Assembly: GCA_009602725.1 (NCBI GenBank) | Contig: WELB01000018.1 | Span: forward strand, 239,802-303,801 | Length of the DNA stretch: 64,000 nt | Direction: 5' to 3' | Origin: Spirogloea muscicola | Lineage: Eukaryota | In this document: positions 23,626 through 42,150 of the stretch, piece after piece | How positions within the stretch are numbered: position 1 is the stretch's first letter | Layout of the letters: the number at the start of each line of letters is the position of its first letter | Program-made: the position numbers and the translations under genes | Notes under the pieces: model-generated | The model's database searches: none | What the model saw: the letters and a program-made list of their open reading frames with translations, nothing else | Told to the model about the DNA's origin: nothing

Positions 23626-23960
23626 CAATGCCTGAAAAGGGCTGGAGGGATACCAGTCTCCAAGACGTCAGCAAGAGGCGCTCAATCACGTCGAGTCAGC
23701 AAGTGCAAGTCAGTATAAGTAGAGGGCGGAAAGGCGTCGGAAAGACATCGGAACCAGGAGGCAGCAGCCAAGGCGCGGCCTGCACGCAAGTGGGACGGCA
23801 AATGCTCAGGACCGCTGCAGGAGAGACATGGCAAGGCGCATCCTGTGATGGGCTGCTCGCTCTGCTGGCCTTGGCGTCGGGACGCAGCACGCGGTGCAGC
23901 AAGAGAAAGTCAGATGAGCTGAGGGGAGGCCCTCTGGCGTGGGGCTCCGCCCCGCCGGCG

Positions 23961-26900
23961 ATGGCGCCGCACTGCGAGGTCATCGTGGTCGCCGTCGGCA
24001 GCAACCCCTCGTCGTCGCGCACCGCCGCGCACTGGCTCCAGCTCAAGGGGCTCTACCGGCGCGGCGACAAGGTTGTCCTCGTCCACGTTATCACCCAGAT
24101 CCCCAACGGTGAGAGCAGCCCGCCTCCTCCACCAGTAGGACCTCCCTGCCTTCCAGCTGCCATGGTCACTAACATCGACATTACTGCCACCAACCCACTG
24201 AGTGCCTTCATCTTGAGGCACTTAATAAGTAGACAGCGTTGTGAGCGTTCCACGCGCTGGTGCCTGCCTGCAGGCAACTGCCCCGTGGCCACCGCCACCG
24301 ACGAGCAGTTTGATGAGCACGTCAGTAACGTCGTCATGCCGATGCTTGGCACCTACCGCGACGACTTTGCTGCCAGGAAGGTGCGCGCACCCCACCTTTT
24401 CGTTACTCTTTTATCGGCTGCATGGCGACACCAGAATGCGTTGACAGTAGATTGCACTTAAAATTACGAGGCAAGTACACAATGCTATGGAAACCTGGCC
24501 GCATTGCATACCGTGTTCCCACTGAGGCGAGCTCCAGCCACTTTTCCATGCATGCAGATATGTGTGGAGCTGCGGCCAGTGCGCAGCGAGAACCGCGGCA
24601 AAGCCATATGAAGGAGGCCAAGCAGCTGGGCGCCACGCGACTTGTCATGTTTGCCAAGCCCTCCATATCTAAGAAGTCAGTCGTTGTTCGAGCATTGAAC
24701 CACTGCACCTCATGTCTTGCTCCGCACGCTTCTGGAAGCATCTCTGTCAACGTTGCCGCCTGGGCAGTGGCCGTAGCTCAGAAGCAAGCCTTCTTGTTGA
24801 CAATTCCCGCTCCATGTCGCAGAATATGTGCAACGGTGGAGTACTGTGGAATGCATCGGCCATACAACTGCTGGTTCTACGCCATCCGAGACAAAATTTC
24901 TGCAGTGCAGGAGCTGTGCCCACGTGCTCGACCTGGACAATCGTGCGCCAGGGACACCTCATTCTACAGGCAGGACCGAGCGGCTGTAAACCATGGCACA
25001 GGGTCGCAACCAAGAAGCAGCAGGTTGCCGGAGTCCGCAGGAGAGCTCCCAGATTGGAATCCCACTGCTCCACCACCGTACCAGACGTTCTCTGACGAGG
25101 TGCACGGCAGCAGCAGCTAGGATGACGAGCACCCTCCGCAGCCCCAACGATGTGATGTACTTGTACTTGCTCCTTCTAAGCGTCCATGCGTTCTGGCGAG
25201 CTCGATCCTGCCCAGTCTGCTCTGGTCTACTCACTTCCTCACCCCAATCTGCAGCCCTCTCCTCTGCGTTGTCTCCTCCATGACCCAGGCAGACCAACTC
25301 GCAGCGGCCTTCGAACGTTTCAGTGAGGCGATGGAGGCTGCCAAGAAGGCCTGGTGGCTGGCTGAGGAGGAGAGCCGGCTGCGCATGGAGGCCACTGCGG
25401 TTGCCCATGTGGCGCAGGCGCTGGCAAAGAGCCAGGCGAGGCTGCAGGAGGCTGCGGAAGCGCTCGCGCAGAACGCTCGGCAGGAGCGTCTCAACTTGCA
25501 CCAGAGGCGGTATCGGACATACGCTTGGGAGGAGCTCCAGGTGCTTGCACTAAGCCAGCCAACAGGACGTGAACCTAGAGAGGGGCCGGAGCAAGTGTAC
25601 AGAGGCATACAAAAGCATTGCTACAGCTTCTCTCCACCGTAAGTAAGCAAGTTGACTTCCCGTCGGCAGAGAGGTCTGAGCGTCGACTGCCTGATCCTTT
25701 CAGGCTGCTACGGAGGACTTCCGCGACAAACTTGGCAAAGGTGGGCACGGCTCTGTGTACCGCGGAAGGCTGCACCACATCGAAGTCGCCGTCAAGGTCT
25801 TCAAGAGCATGGACAGCCTCGAGGGCGAGACGCAATTCCACCACAAGGTACTTGCCAGAGGCACCAATGTGAACCTCCACTTGCATAGCTACAGGACACC
25901 TTGCACCTTGTCGATGCTGGCAAGTGCACTTAGCCTGCGACACTGGCGTAACCGTTGCATCCACGCAATGTCAGGTGGGCCTGCTGGGGCGCATCCAGCA
26001 CCCCCACCTCGTTATGCTCCTGGGCTGCTGCACCAAAGTCACAGCCAGTGGGCCATGCCGCTTTGTCATAGTCTACGACTTCTGCGCCCATGGGAACCTG
26101 AAGAAGCACCTGTCGGGACCAGCGGCCCTGCCATGGTACACCCGAGTGCGCATTGCAGCAGAGGTGTGAAGCAGACCTGCTGCCAACTTCAGAAGTCCTC
26201 TCTCTTGTCCTGCTGCCTGTGCGGCGGCGTGTGGTAACGAAGTCACTCATGGCCTCTTATTGACCTGAAAGTCGGCGTCCTCCTGCTGCTGTGTTGCCAA
26301 TGTCACTGTGTTTGGCAATATGTTCTGGTGATGTGATATATTGGCTTGCGGCCACTGACATATACTTTGTAGGGGAGGCTTCTCAAGTACACCAAGCAGC
26401 AATTGCATTCAGCGCTCTCGCATGGACTTCCACCCGTAATTTCTCGGACTGTGTGTACTTGCTGCAGGTCACATCGGCGCTTGTTTTCCTTCATAAGAAC
26501 AACCCGCCCATCGTCCACTGAAACGTTAATTCAGCCAACATCCTGCTCGACCATAACCTCGTCGCGAAGCTTGCTGTGAGATGCACGTGCCAGATGCTCA
26601 TTGACGCCGCCAATTGCATGCAAGTTTCATTCTCAACAGTCTAATGACTAGTAGTTATTATTACTGAAGTCAGGCAAATGCATATAACAAAGAGCTTGTG
26701 CAGTACAAAAGATTGTTGAGGTGGTGAGTCTTGGTGGAGGCCCTGGTTCCATCTGTTACAGGACGTGGGCATAGCAACGCTTATGCCAGAAAGGACCAGC
26801 GAGCTGACAAGGCAAACACATGTAGTGGAGGACCACGGGGCCGTCGGCACGCTTCCATACGTGGACCCCGAGTTCTACTCGACGGGCCAGTGGGGCACCA

Positions 26901-27818
26901 AGTCCGATGTCTACAGCCTCGGCATTGTGCTCCTCCAGCTGCTCACTGGCAAAGTCCAGGTTGCGCATCACAGCTTTCTTGATAGATTCCAGCGACATAG
27001 AAAATCCACTTGACCTATTTGGGCACAGTGTCGGGTGGATACCAGAGTTCAGTTGGCGTACATGCCCAGAACTTTACCTTCGCTTTTAAGCACACAAGCC
27101 TCAACAATATACACACGTGGGCGATGTTGTCTCGTGGCTCAGATCTCAAAGCTGGTGCAGGGGGTGCTGCGCAGATCAGGGACAGGGTTGAGCGAGCAGT
27201 GCAGCAGGAAAACCTGGAGAGCGTCCTGGACCCGGCTGGTGGCGAGTGGCCTTGCGATGTCGCGCTGGAGATGGCGCTGCTAGCGCTGGGGTGCGCTGCG
27301 ATGCGGCGCAGGGAGCGGCCAGAGCTCATCAGCGTCATGGGTCGTCTCGATGTCCTCCGCGCGACTGCCAAGGAAGTTGCCGAGAGGGAGGCGCCTGCCG
27401 AGCGCGGGCCGCACCTCGCCACCGACATGATCAGCGCTTGCTTTTTGTGCCCAATCACGAAGGTTCCACCCAAAAACTGAGACAATAAACTCGCCAGAAA
27501 TCTTAGTAAGAGGCTGGAAGTTGCTGATGGGTTGTCAGGATCACTTACCAGATGTGGAAAGTACCATACCATGGAGCTGGCAGTCGGCCCTAGGCAATTA
27601 CCCACTTACGCTCCTGATTGCGCGCATGCTGTCAGGAAGTGATGAAGGAGCCGGTGGTCACGGCCGATGGGCACACGTATGAGCGCGATGCCATCGCCAG
27701 GTGGCTGAGCGAACGCGACGTGTCGCCCATGACGAACTGCACGCTGCTGCACAAGGCACTCACGCCCAACCACGCGCTGCAGAGCATGATCAAAGAATGG
27801 CAGCGCCGCAGTGGGTGA
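23961..27818 (+). pseudogene. Pseudogenised paralogue of the USP-kinase-U-box gene at 4421-9320
   Basis: Similar exon order; 1-nt deletion giving TGA near 24608, stop/frameshift near 25118, catalytic loop HRDLKAAN read as H*NVNSAN (TGA 26519-26521); U-box exon 27636-27818 still open. Confidence 0.88.
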
Positions 27819-27861
27819 GGGTGGCGGTGGCCGCTTATCCATCCCATCACCACCAGTGATG

Positions 27862-28015
27862 GGCCCCTTATAACATGTATATGCAGCCCCTGACCCCAGC
27901 CTGTACATAGTTTCCCGCTGTTTTGTCTACGCAGATACCTTGGCCCCTTATAACATGTACATGCAGCCCCTGACCCCAGCCTGTACATAGTTTCCCGTCG
28001 TTTTTGTCTACGCAG
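27862..28015. repeat. Tandem duplication, ~80-bp period, 2 copies
   Basis: GGCCCCTTATAACATGTA...TTTTGTCTACGCAGA at 27862-27935 and 27942-28015. Confidence 0.9.
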
Positions 28016-29147
28016 AGTCCTCAAGCGCATGAAGGCATATCAAGCGTATCAAGCTCGACATTGATCGCTCCGCCACCGTGTGCCTGCAAAGGCGGCTTGC
28101 TGGTAGAAGGCATAGTGAGTGAGCGGACGAATGTAATTACACTCTCACATTTTAGCACCTTGGTAACAGCTTCTGTGTAATGTGCCAAAACTACAGAATA
28201 AGAGGAATCAGTAGGACGTTGCCTGCGCACTAACAGCTATGTTGAAGCCCGGGAGCAACATCATAATCTCGTCAAGGTTACTGCCTCGACTGAAAAGCTC
28301 AGCCTGCCCTGGCCATTAAGTGCTGGATGATTCAGGCACCTCGGTGTTGTCCACCCATCCGAAATGAGTGCAAGCGCCCCCCCCCCTCCTATTCACAAGC
28401 TCATGCGTGCATGGCAGCCAGCACCTGACAGGCCACCTTGCAAATGTATATGGAGAAGCACTGCAGCTCCTGGCTTCAGTGATTCCTATGAAACTCCTAT
28501 GACATATAAATGGCAACGGACCAATAGTGTTTGCATGTGGCACCTGATACGGTGTGGCTGTGCTTGAGAAATATGAGTAGCTGCATGCCTTGCGCATGCT
28601 GAGACCTGGCTTCTACTTTGGAGGGCCTCTGTGTGCAGCACAAAGAGCTGCAGCTCTTTGAGCTGTGTGTGCATATGAGCAAGCTCAAGAAGCAGAGGAA
28701 CAAGGATGGTCAATTAGGACTCCAAGCAAACAAGGACTACGCAGAGGTCCAAGTATGTCTATGGCAAGGCCACCAGAGCGTCACAGGGACGGTTTGCAAT
28801 TGTGCTGGAGGAAGAGCATAAGTGACAAAGTGGGGGCCATCAGGCAGTAATGTGGTGTGCTCGGGGTGCACCCGCAGGTGGTTGACTGGAGGAGCAGCTG
28901 CCCCTTGAGCTAAAGGGGGGGTGCGCTGCGCACAACGAGCGGCTGCCGTGCACACCACGACAGCAGGCGCCTGAATCTGACGCGTGAGGCAGATGACAAG
29001 CGCTGCCTGCAGTGGGGCCAATAGCCAGGGTGCTTGACAGACAGCCAGCTTCAGTTCATGGTGGTGTATAGGCATTCTAACTCAAACCGAGACTCGGCGC
29101 CTAGCGCTTCGAGGCACAACGGCCGCACGGCCGTGGGTAGAGCTCGT

Positions 29148-30760
29148 TCAATCTGCCGTCCAGCTCTGCTCGACCACATCCCGCACCCGCCGGTTGTACT
29201 CTCGGCGGTTCTCGCTGTACATTCGGGCGGCCTCCGAGTTGGCAGGGGAGTTTGGGTTGGGGTCGCAGAGGAGCGACTGGCAGACATCGCCAATGTGCAG
29301 AAAACATTGGGGTGAGGTCAGCATGGCATGAACTCCCGTGCAATCACCTCAACTTCGTCGCGACGCAGGTTGCAAAGTACGGGGCTGTGTTACATCACAC
29401 TTGGCTTAAGCTTCACAGCGTGCACTCTCGCAAGCATCTCACACGAAACTCTGTGCTGAATTTGACAGCCGAGGCTCTGCTGCCTCTCTTTGGATTTGCC
29501 TCGCCAACAAAGCAAAGAGGGCATGTTAAGCATTCGAATTTCGAGAGGTCATGCAAGGTGCCATCCTGAGCACCTGTATGGAGGTGAGGATGGCAGCGAC
29601 ATCGTAGATGGGGCTCCACTGGTTCTGGAGAATGTCTAGACAGATGCTCCCATCCGCGTAGACTGCGACGACACAAAAGAGCAGTCATCAAGCCCAGCTC
29701 TGGCACCAATTGGCTGCAACCAAGACACCCCCTGCCCCTTTGCTTCCACCTCCACAACCGCTGTCAACAGCTAAGATTAAAGATTTGTCAAGAAGTCAGC
29801 CTTGCGATAGAAGTGCAAAGTCTTGCGACAAGCCGACAGCAGGGGAAAGCCCATGCAAGCAAGGACACTCCCGGACTGAAGACTCGGGCTTCTAAGGGGG
29901 CAAGCGGGGCCCAGACTTTGGCATAGTGCACGGTGCAGCACAAGCAGCAAGTGTGGCACTGTGAGGGAGCTGGGCGCGGCGGGCCAGACGCCCGAGCGGC
30001 GCTCACTGTTGGGGTGGAACATCTTGGAGACGAAGCGGACCGTCGGCGGCTTGTTCGGGTAGTCCTCCGTGAACTGGAGCGTCAGCTTGAAAGTGCCTGC
30101 TCGCGGCGGCCAACGTGGGCGTGAGGACCGCGCTCGAGGGAAACCAGCGACCCCATCATGTACAGGTTCTCACGAGCGTGTCGGCATGGCAGAACTGCTG
30201 AAAGCATCTAAGCGGGAAACCGTTTTAGAGCCCAATTCTTAGCGAGAGCTCGTCTCACAGCGGCGGCCCGCTGCACGGTGGGCGGCGAGCGGCTGCAACT
30301 ATGGTCTTGCTGCGGCAGCAGCGCGTTGCTGGAGGCGCGGGAGGCAAAGAGTCTAAGGGGCGGCACACAGCCTAAGGGGTTGGGGGTTCGAATCCTCTCT
30401 CCATCCTTTTCAATTTCTTTCCGTCTGGACCGTCGGCAGCCGGCGGCAAGAGAGATAGGACGGGGGCGCTCACCCCCGTCCCAGGGCGTGTCGTCCGGCC
30501 TGGCAGCGGCGGCGGCGGCGGAGCGGCGGCGGAGGCAAGAGGTCAGCAGGAGGCAGCGGAGGCGGCAGCGCAGGGCGCGGCGGAGAGCGCGGCGCAGGGC
30601 GCGGCGGAGGACGCGGGGGCGCGGCGGCGGCGCACCCGAAGATGACGGCGTTCCAGGTCATGATGTTGTTCTCCAGCGGCGCGCCGCTGATGCCCGCCGG
30701 CGGGTCGTTCTGCAGCCGCTTGAAGTCGCGCATCAGCCGCTTCCGCGACGGCGTCGACAT
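29148..30760 (-). CDS. UBC2: Ubiquitin-conjugating enzyme E2, RAD6 type (UBC1/UBC2-like)
   Basis: Five exons: [35 protein letters not shown] | PDDTPWDG | [30 protein letters not shown] | [29 protein letters not shown] | [42 protein letters not shown]. Confidence 0.97.
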
Positions 30761-31019
30761 GGCCGCCGCCGCCGCCGCCGCCGTCGCCGCCGCCGCAGCT
30801 TGCGCCGGGGAACGCGGCGCGCTGTGCGGGCGGGGGAGGGGGGAGGGAAAAGTGGAGGGGGACGGGGTGACTGCCAGCCGTCAAGCAAACGGGGGGCCCC
30901 TGTAGGCGCCGTCTTCTCGACGGGGCGGCCGGCCGTGAAAGAATCTGCCGACCGGGCAATGCACCCCCGCGACCCACACCTCCCACCAGCCCCCAGCCTT
31001 GCAAAACGGCTGCCATCAG

Positions 31020-32150
31020 AGGAAAGTGCTCGCCCATTGAGAAGAGGGGCTGGAAAAGCCAGCCCACAAAAGAATGAACGAAGCACGAGAAGGGGCCAGG
31101 GGAAGCGCCAAGGAAAACAAGCACATCAGAGCGCCTCCATTGGGAGAGCCACTTAGTTTGGAACAGCTTCTTCCACCTGAAGGCAACGGTGGCTGTGACT
31201 ACAGACAGACTCGAAGAAGAAAGGGCTCGCCCATTGAGGATAGGGGCCAGCCCAAAAAAGAATGAACAAAGAACGAGAAGGGGGCCAGAAGAAGCCAGAG
31301 GAAGCGCTAAGAAACCAAAGCACACAAAGAAAGAAAGCAGCTACAAATCACTCAGTAACCCCTGCTAAGCAGCCGCAAATCAGAGAGGCTAGGGTCCTGG
31401 AAGTGGGTCCCCTGGACAGAGCCAGAGGCAGCAGCGAGGGCTCTCCCGGCACGAAGGTGCAGCGCACGGGCCATGGACCTCTGCAGCGAGACGGCCAAGC
31501 GCATGCGATACACTTGCGCCAGCGACCCGGCTGCAGGAAAGTCTACCGGTTCACCATGGAAGCGACGGGCGATTGCGTGGCGTTGCGTGACAGACTCGCT
31601 ACCCGGATATTACTTTCCCTGACCTGCGGCTCGGCTGCTCAACAGAGAGAAGGGCTCGCCAGGGGTCATTGAGCACCCGGCGGCCACTTGAGTCGCTGTG
31701 TGCTTGAGCGCTTTTCTGGCCCCTTTTGACTTTGTTCATTCTTTTTGTGGGCTGGCCAATTTCCAGCCATCGCCCTCTACTGGAAGAGTCTTTTCTCTCC
31801 TTCCAGGAACATAGCCTCTCTGACCTGCGACTGCTTAGCTGGGGTTACTGAGTAGTTAGTAGCTGCTTTGTTTCTTCTTGTGTGCTTCTTTCTTAGTGCT
31901 TCGCCTTAGTGCTTCGCCTGGCCCCCTTCTTCTTGGGCTTCCTGTACTCTGCTCATCCTTTTTTGGGCTGGCTGTTCCAGCCCCTATCCTCAATGGGCGA
32001 GCTCTTTCTTTCTCTCCCTTTGAACTTCGTTCATCCGCTTTACTGACCGTCCGAGGGAGGACGAGTTCTTCCCCATTGCCATCAACGTCCACGGGGCGTT
32101 CGGCGCTTGGTGGCTCGAGCTCCTGCACCGGCTCTCGCGCAGCACTGTGT
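31020..32150. mobile_element. Cluster of CRE-like relics; a young subfamily-A copy (31214-31588, -) nested antisense in an older copy
   Basis: TSD GACAGACTCG at 31204-31213 and 31589-31598; further 3' ends at ~31020-31120 (-), ~31600-31800 (+) and ~31810-32015 (+); endonuclease fragment EDEFFPIAINVHGAFG at ~32050-32140 (+). Confidence 0.87.
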
Positions 32151-32851
32151 CGCGATGTTAGCACAGGAAGCAGGCTGACTTCAACGCGGCAGGCTCTCTC
32201 CTCTTCAGGCGTGACCTCGCCCCTCCTCAGGCAGCACGAATTGCCGCATACAGTCTGGTGCCACGCCACGATCACTGCAGATTGGCATTGGTTTAAGCCT
32301 TATGGATGTTTGTCAAGTGTATATGTGTCTAACAAGAAGGGCGACATCAGCACTTTCCAGCCGGGCAAGCAGGATAGACCACAACAATCTCTGTGGCACG
32401 GCGTTATTGCATACAGACACTCAAAATAAACGCTTGCCTAGCTTTAGGATGGCATTTGTGACCAGCTTGCAGCTCCTTAAGGTGGCCATACTTCACATTC
32501 ACAAAAGCAGCTCCAACTTGTACACAATAATAATGTCTACTAAGCTCCAGATTTCACAGAGTGCACAAAAAGTCCTTGGTAAGTAGCACTTATTATACTC
32601 TGAATGTTTCTTGCCGACCAAAGCAGAACACAACTCCACACACCCCAGAGATGACCTTGAGTTCTAACCCTCAGTGTAAGAGCAACGACTCCTCCACGCT
32701 GTAACAGCCGATGGTGGAACAGCCCTTATTGTACAGAGAGTTCGCAAGTAGGTAGGAGACAGCTCCTCCTACAACGAGCTTAACATGGAACACGCCAAAT
32801 TGGACGAGCATCCACTTCAGATACAGCTGCCTGCCGGTTCAGCTTTATGTC

Positions 32852-38792
<5,941 letters not shown>

Positions 38793-41597
38793 GCGCGCGG
38801 CCGATCGCAGCTGGCGGGGCCGGAGCCGCAGCACTGGCGAGGCTGCTGCCGCGGCGTGGCTGCGGCGGCGCGGCGGCGCATGTTCGACGACCCGTTCGAC
38901 TACGGCGAGGACGAGGACCTGGCGTACGGCGACCTGCTGGCCGACGGGCAGCAGGGCGCGCAGGAGCCGCGGCCGCCCAACGACCCCGACTCCGCCTTCG
39001 GCTCCCTCCTCTTCCCCAAGATGTACCAGCCCGAGATCGCGTCGCTAGGTGCGCCACCTGCCTCACCAGCGGCGCGGAGTCGAGTCCCGAGCTGCGCACA
39101 CAGCTGCGCTTTTGGATGTCTCTGCTGCGCTCGCAGCACTGCCGGCTCTGCCGGCTGCGTGTCAGTGTCTCACACGTCGGGAAATGGCGGGGTCTGCGGA
39201 TCCGCGGACCTTCGGTCGATGCCCACGACGTCCTCTGCCGCCTGGTCCTGGAACACACAGTGACCCGCCAGGAGTTCTGACGTGGGTTTGGTCTGGGGCG
39301 GCCGCGGGCCAGGCCTCTACATCCGCGGCGACGTGCGGCGCTGCGTCTGCCTGGTCGCCGGCGGGGTGTACGAGAACCTCCTCTTCTTCCCCATCGTCCA
39401 GCTCCTCAAGAACAAGTACCCCGGCGTGCGCATCGATGTCGTGGCCAACGCCCGCGCCAAGCAGACGCACGAGCTCAACAAGAACGTCCGCCGGGCGTGG
39501 ACGTACGAGCTGGAGGACCCCTTTGTCGTGCCCGTCGACTACATGGAGTTCCTCGGCAAGCTCAAGGTCGGTGTCCATTGCGCTCACTGCTGACCTTGAC
39601 GGCGCCTGCGGGATCTACTGTAAGGTTTGCTATCGCTGCTGTCATGCTGATCAAGGTACAGGTCTCAGCAGTGAGACACCTGCCTCGCCCACGAATCGGG
39701 TTACTGCCAGCCAGCCGACTGCTCTTCCATTACTTCCTCCGAGAGCTGCCGTCCTTCCCTAGCTGGACACACTTCTGTCACAGATTGCAAGCTTGAGCCT
39801 GCGCGCCAGCTAAGCCCCTTCGGAGCTGCAACACAGCCCCTAAGGCGGCGTGCCGCCTGTATCGGCGGCTTGCTGGCTGTGCGCAGAATGAGTGCTACGA
39901 TCTGGTACTGTCCACGAAGCAGGCGGGAATGGGTCATGCGGTGTTCCTGTGGATGACAGACGCGCGGCAGCGTGTGAGCTATGTCATCCCCAACGTCAAC
40001 GGCGCCGGCGCCGGAGCCTTCCTGTCGGCGGCCATCCGCGCGCCACATGTGAACCTCGCCGAGGGCGGCTACCACATGTTAGTGTCACACCGGCGCCGCT
40101 GCTCCTCACAACTCTTGCTGGTGCTTCATGGCATTCAGAAGCCATCTACTGCTCATGTCCTGGCGCGGCGCGACAGCTGGCTGACGAGTCTCATCTGTCA
40201 GTGGAGATGACCAGGCTGTCCTGCTCGGCGATGTCACCACGATTCGTCTCTCGAGCTCTCTACGGGGCCCGTCGCTGCTTTGTACAAGGTCCACGTCGGC
40301 ACTGAGAGGGCGAGGCCCGTCCCTGTGTGCTTGTTGGTGGGCAGGTACGCAGACCTGGAGGAGTTCCTGTGCAAGCCACAGCGAGACGTGCCGCAGCTGG
40401 ACGTGCCGCCGCTGCAGGTCGGCATCTCCCGGAAGGTACGGCAGGTGGCGCGCGAGAAGCGGGAGGCTGCTGGCCTGGAGCCTGGCGTGCCGTATGTGCT
40501 CTTCCATGGCATCCAGTCGACGTCGGCCGCATCCATGCAGTCCGCCGGAGACCCCGACAGCCTGCTGCCGCTGAGCGTCTGGGCAGAGCTCGCAAGGGTC
40601 CCGAGGTAAAGCTCCACGGTGATTGTAAGGCTCTGTACGGGTTGCAGCTTCTAAGGATTTTCTGGTAGATCAAGAAATAGCTTCTCTGCTCCCTCCATGA
40701 ACATAGCAAAAGCAAGGCGAGGTCAGACCTGACCAAGAAGAATGTGAAATTCGTCTTAGCTGCTGTGGATGTCTTCCCTGGGCGTGCATTCTTTGAGGTT
40801 CATGACGCAGCCTTTGCTGCATTTGCCGGCACCGTACTGCAGCGCGAAGGTCCTTGTGGTAGTTCCCAATGACAAGGAGACGCCCAAGGTCCTCGATGCG
40901 CTTGGGCAGGGGGTTCACCCGGTGAAGATCACCACGCCTGGGCAGGTGAGGACCTTTGTGGGGCCATTGCAACTGAGCCTGCTGGGATGTGCAGCAGCAA
41001 TATGATATAGTACTTTCTCCTGCATCGAGTGGTCCATGGCTGCCGCATGCTTGCATGCAAATCCTTCGCTGATGTGTGCAACTGACTGACTTGCTGTTGC
41101 GGTCGGCTGCATGATACTCTCCAGCTCGCAGCAGCGATCGATGACTCCATTGGGGTGGCAACTACGAACACGGCAGCTGTACAGCTGGCCATGGCCCTCA
41201 ATAAGCCAGGGTATGCACATTCTCTCCTCCCGGCCAGAGATACTCGGCCTGGACTCACATGAACGTGCCCCCTTGCTCCCTAGTCATCAGGCTAGTGATA
41301 GCATCCATGGCAGAAGCCAAGCATTATGTTGAGCGCACATATGTGTCCTGCAGTGTCGCGTTCTTCAGCTCCGCGGAGAAGGCAGCAGTCTTTGCGCCGC
41401 ACGCAAAGGCGAAGGGCCTAGCAATCTTGGCATCGCCCGCCGGGGGCCTGGCTGGCCTGGACGTCCAGGCCGCCACTGCGGCGCTGGCGGAGGCCTTCCC
41501 CTCCTCCGCCCCGCCACTGCCACCGCCACCGCCACCGCCGCCACCCTCCGAGCACAAGGAGGACGATGTGCAGGCCGAATCGCCAGTCTACGTCTGA
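38793..41597 (+). CDS. PNSB1: Chloroplast NDH subcomplex B subunit PnsB1 (NDF1/NDH48); transit peptide partly in the gap
   Basis: DPFDYGED..., IRGDVRRCVCLVAGGVYENLLFFP..YPGVRIDV..KQTHELNKNVR, YDLVLSTK.AGMGHAVFL, PNVNGAGAG, ASMQSAGDPDSLL and ITTPGQLAAAIDDS match land-plant NDF1 as I recall it; stop 41595-41597. Confidence 0.93.
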
Positions 41598-42150
41598 CGG
41601 GCTCTCCTAGTGCACCAAACCATTCCTTAACATTTGACTTTCGGCCCTCCGCCGTGATCTGCCAAGCATGTAGGCGCTGATTTAAAGCAAAGCAGCGCAA
41701 GCTAAGTCGTGCTGCCCAGCTGGAAGATTGTGAATTCTGGGCGTCCTCGGCTGTCGTACCTCCGCTTCACAGCGCTGCTACCACCGCTGTTGCCAATCAC
41801 TCGGCCGCAATGAGCTTTGCCTGGCAACTCTTAGTCCTGCGGTCAACACCTCTGCCATGACCCGACAGCCCTGCAGTGGTGTTGTGAGCGTTTGAGCTGC
41901 ATATGAAATCAGAGTCTGCTTCATGTACTGAAGCAGGCCTTGGCTCCAGGAGAGCAGTGGCAGGCAGAAGTGTGCGGCTGTGAGCCGCTTTGGGTACCGG
42001 CCTTGTGCATCTCTTACTCGTGCCCAGGGCCATGACAGCCGCATAGCATTGGGCAAACACTGACTGCTTTCCATTCCCGGCTTCTTGTTTAGCAAGCAGA
42101 CCACCATCGTTTCTCTTTCTACAGCTTACACGCTTGTTGTAGCACCACCA

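Noticed and set aside
30382..30400. B-box / T-arm GGTTCGAATCC in a UBC intron as a tRNA gene
   Set aside because: No anticodon arm, D arm or acceptor stem around it.
23961..30760. Functional E2-E3 gene cluster (UBC next to U-box genes)
   Set aside because: The adjacent U-box copy is a pseudogene, and RAD6-type E2s normally work with other E3s; adjacency alone is not evidence.
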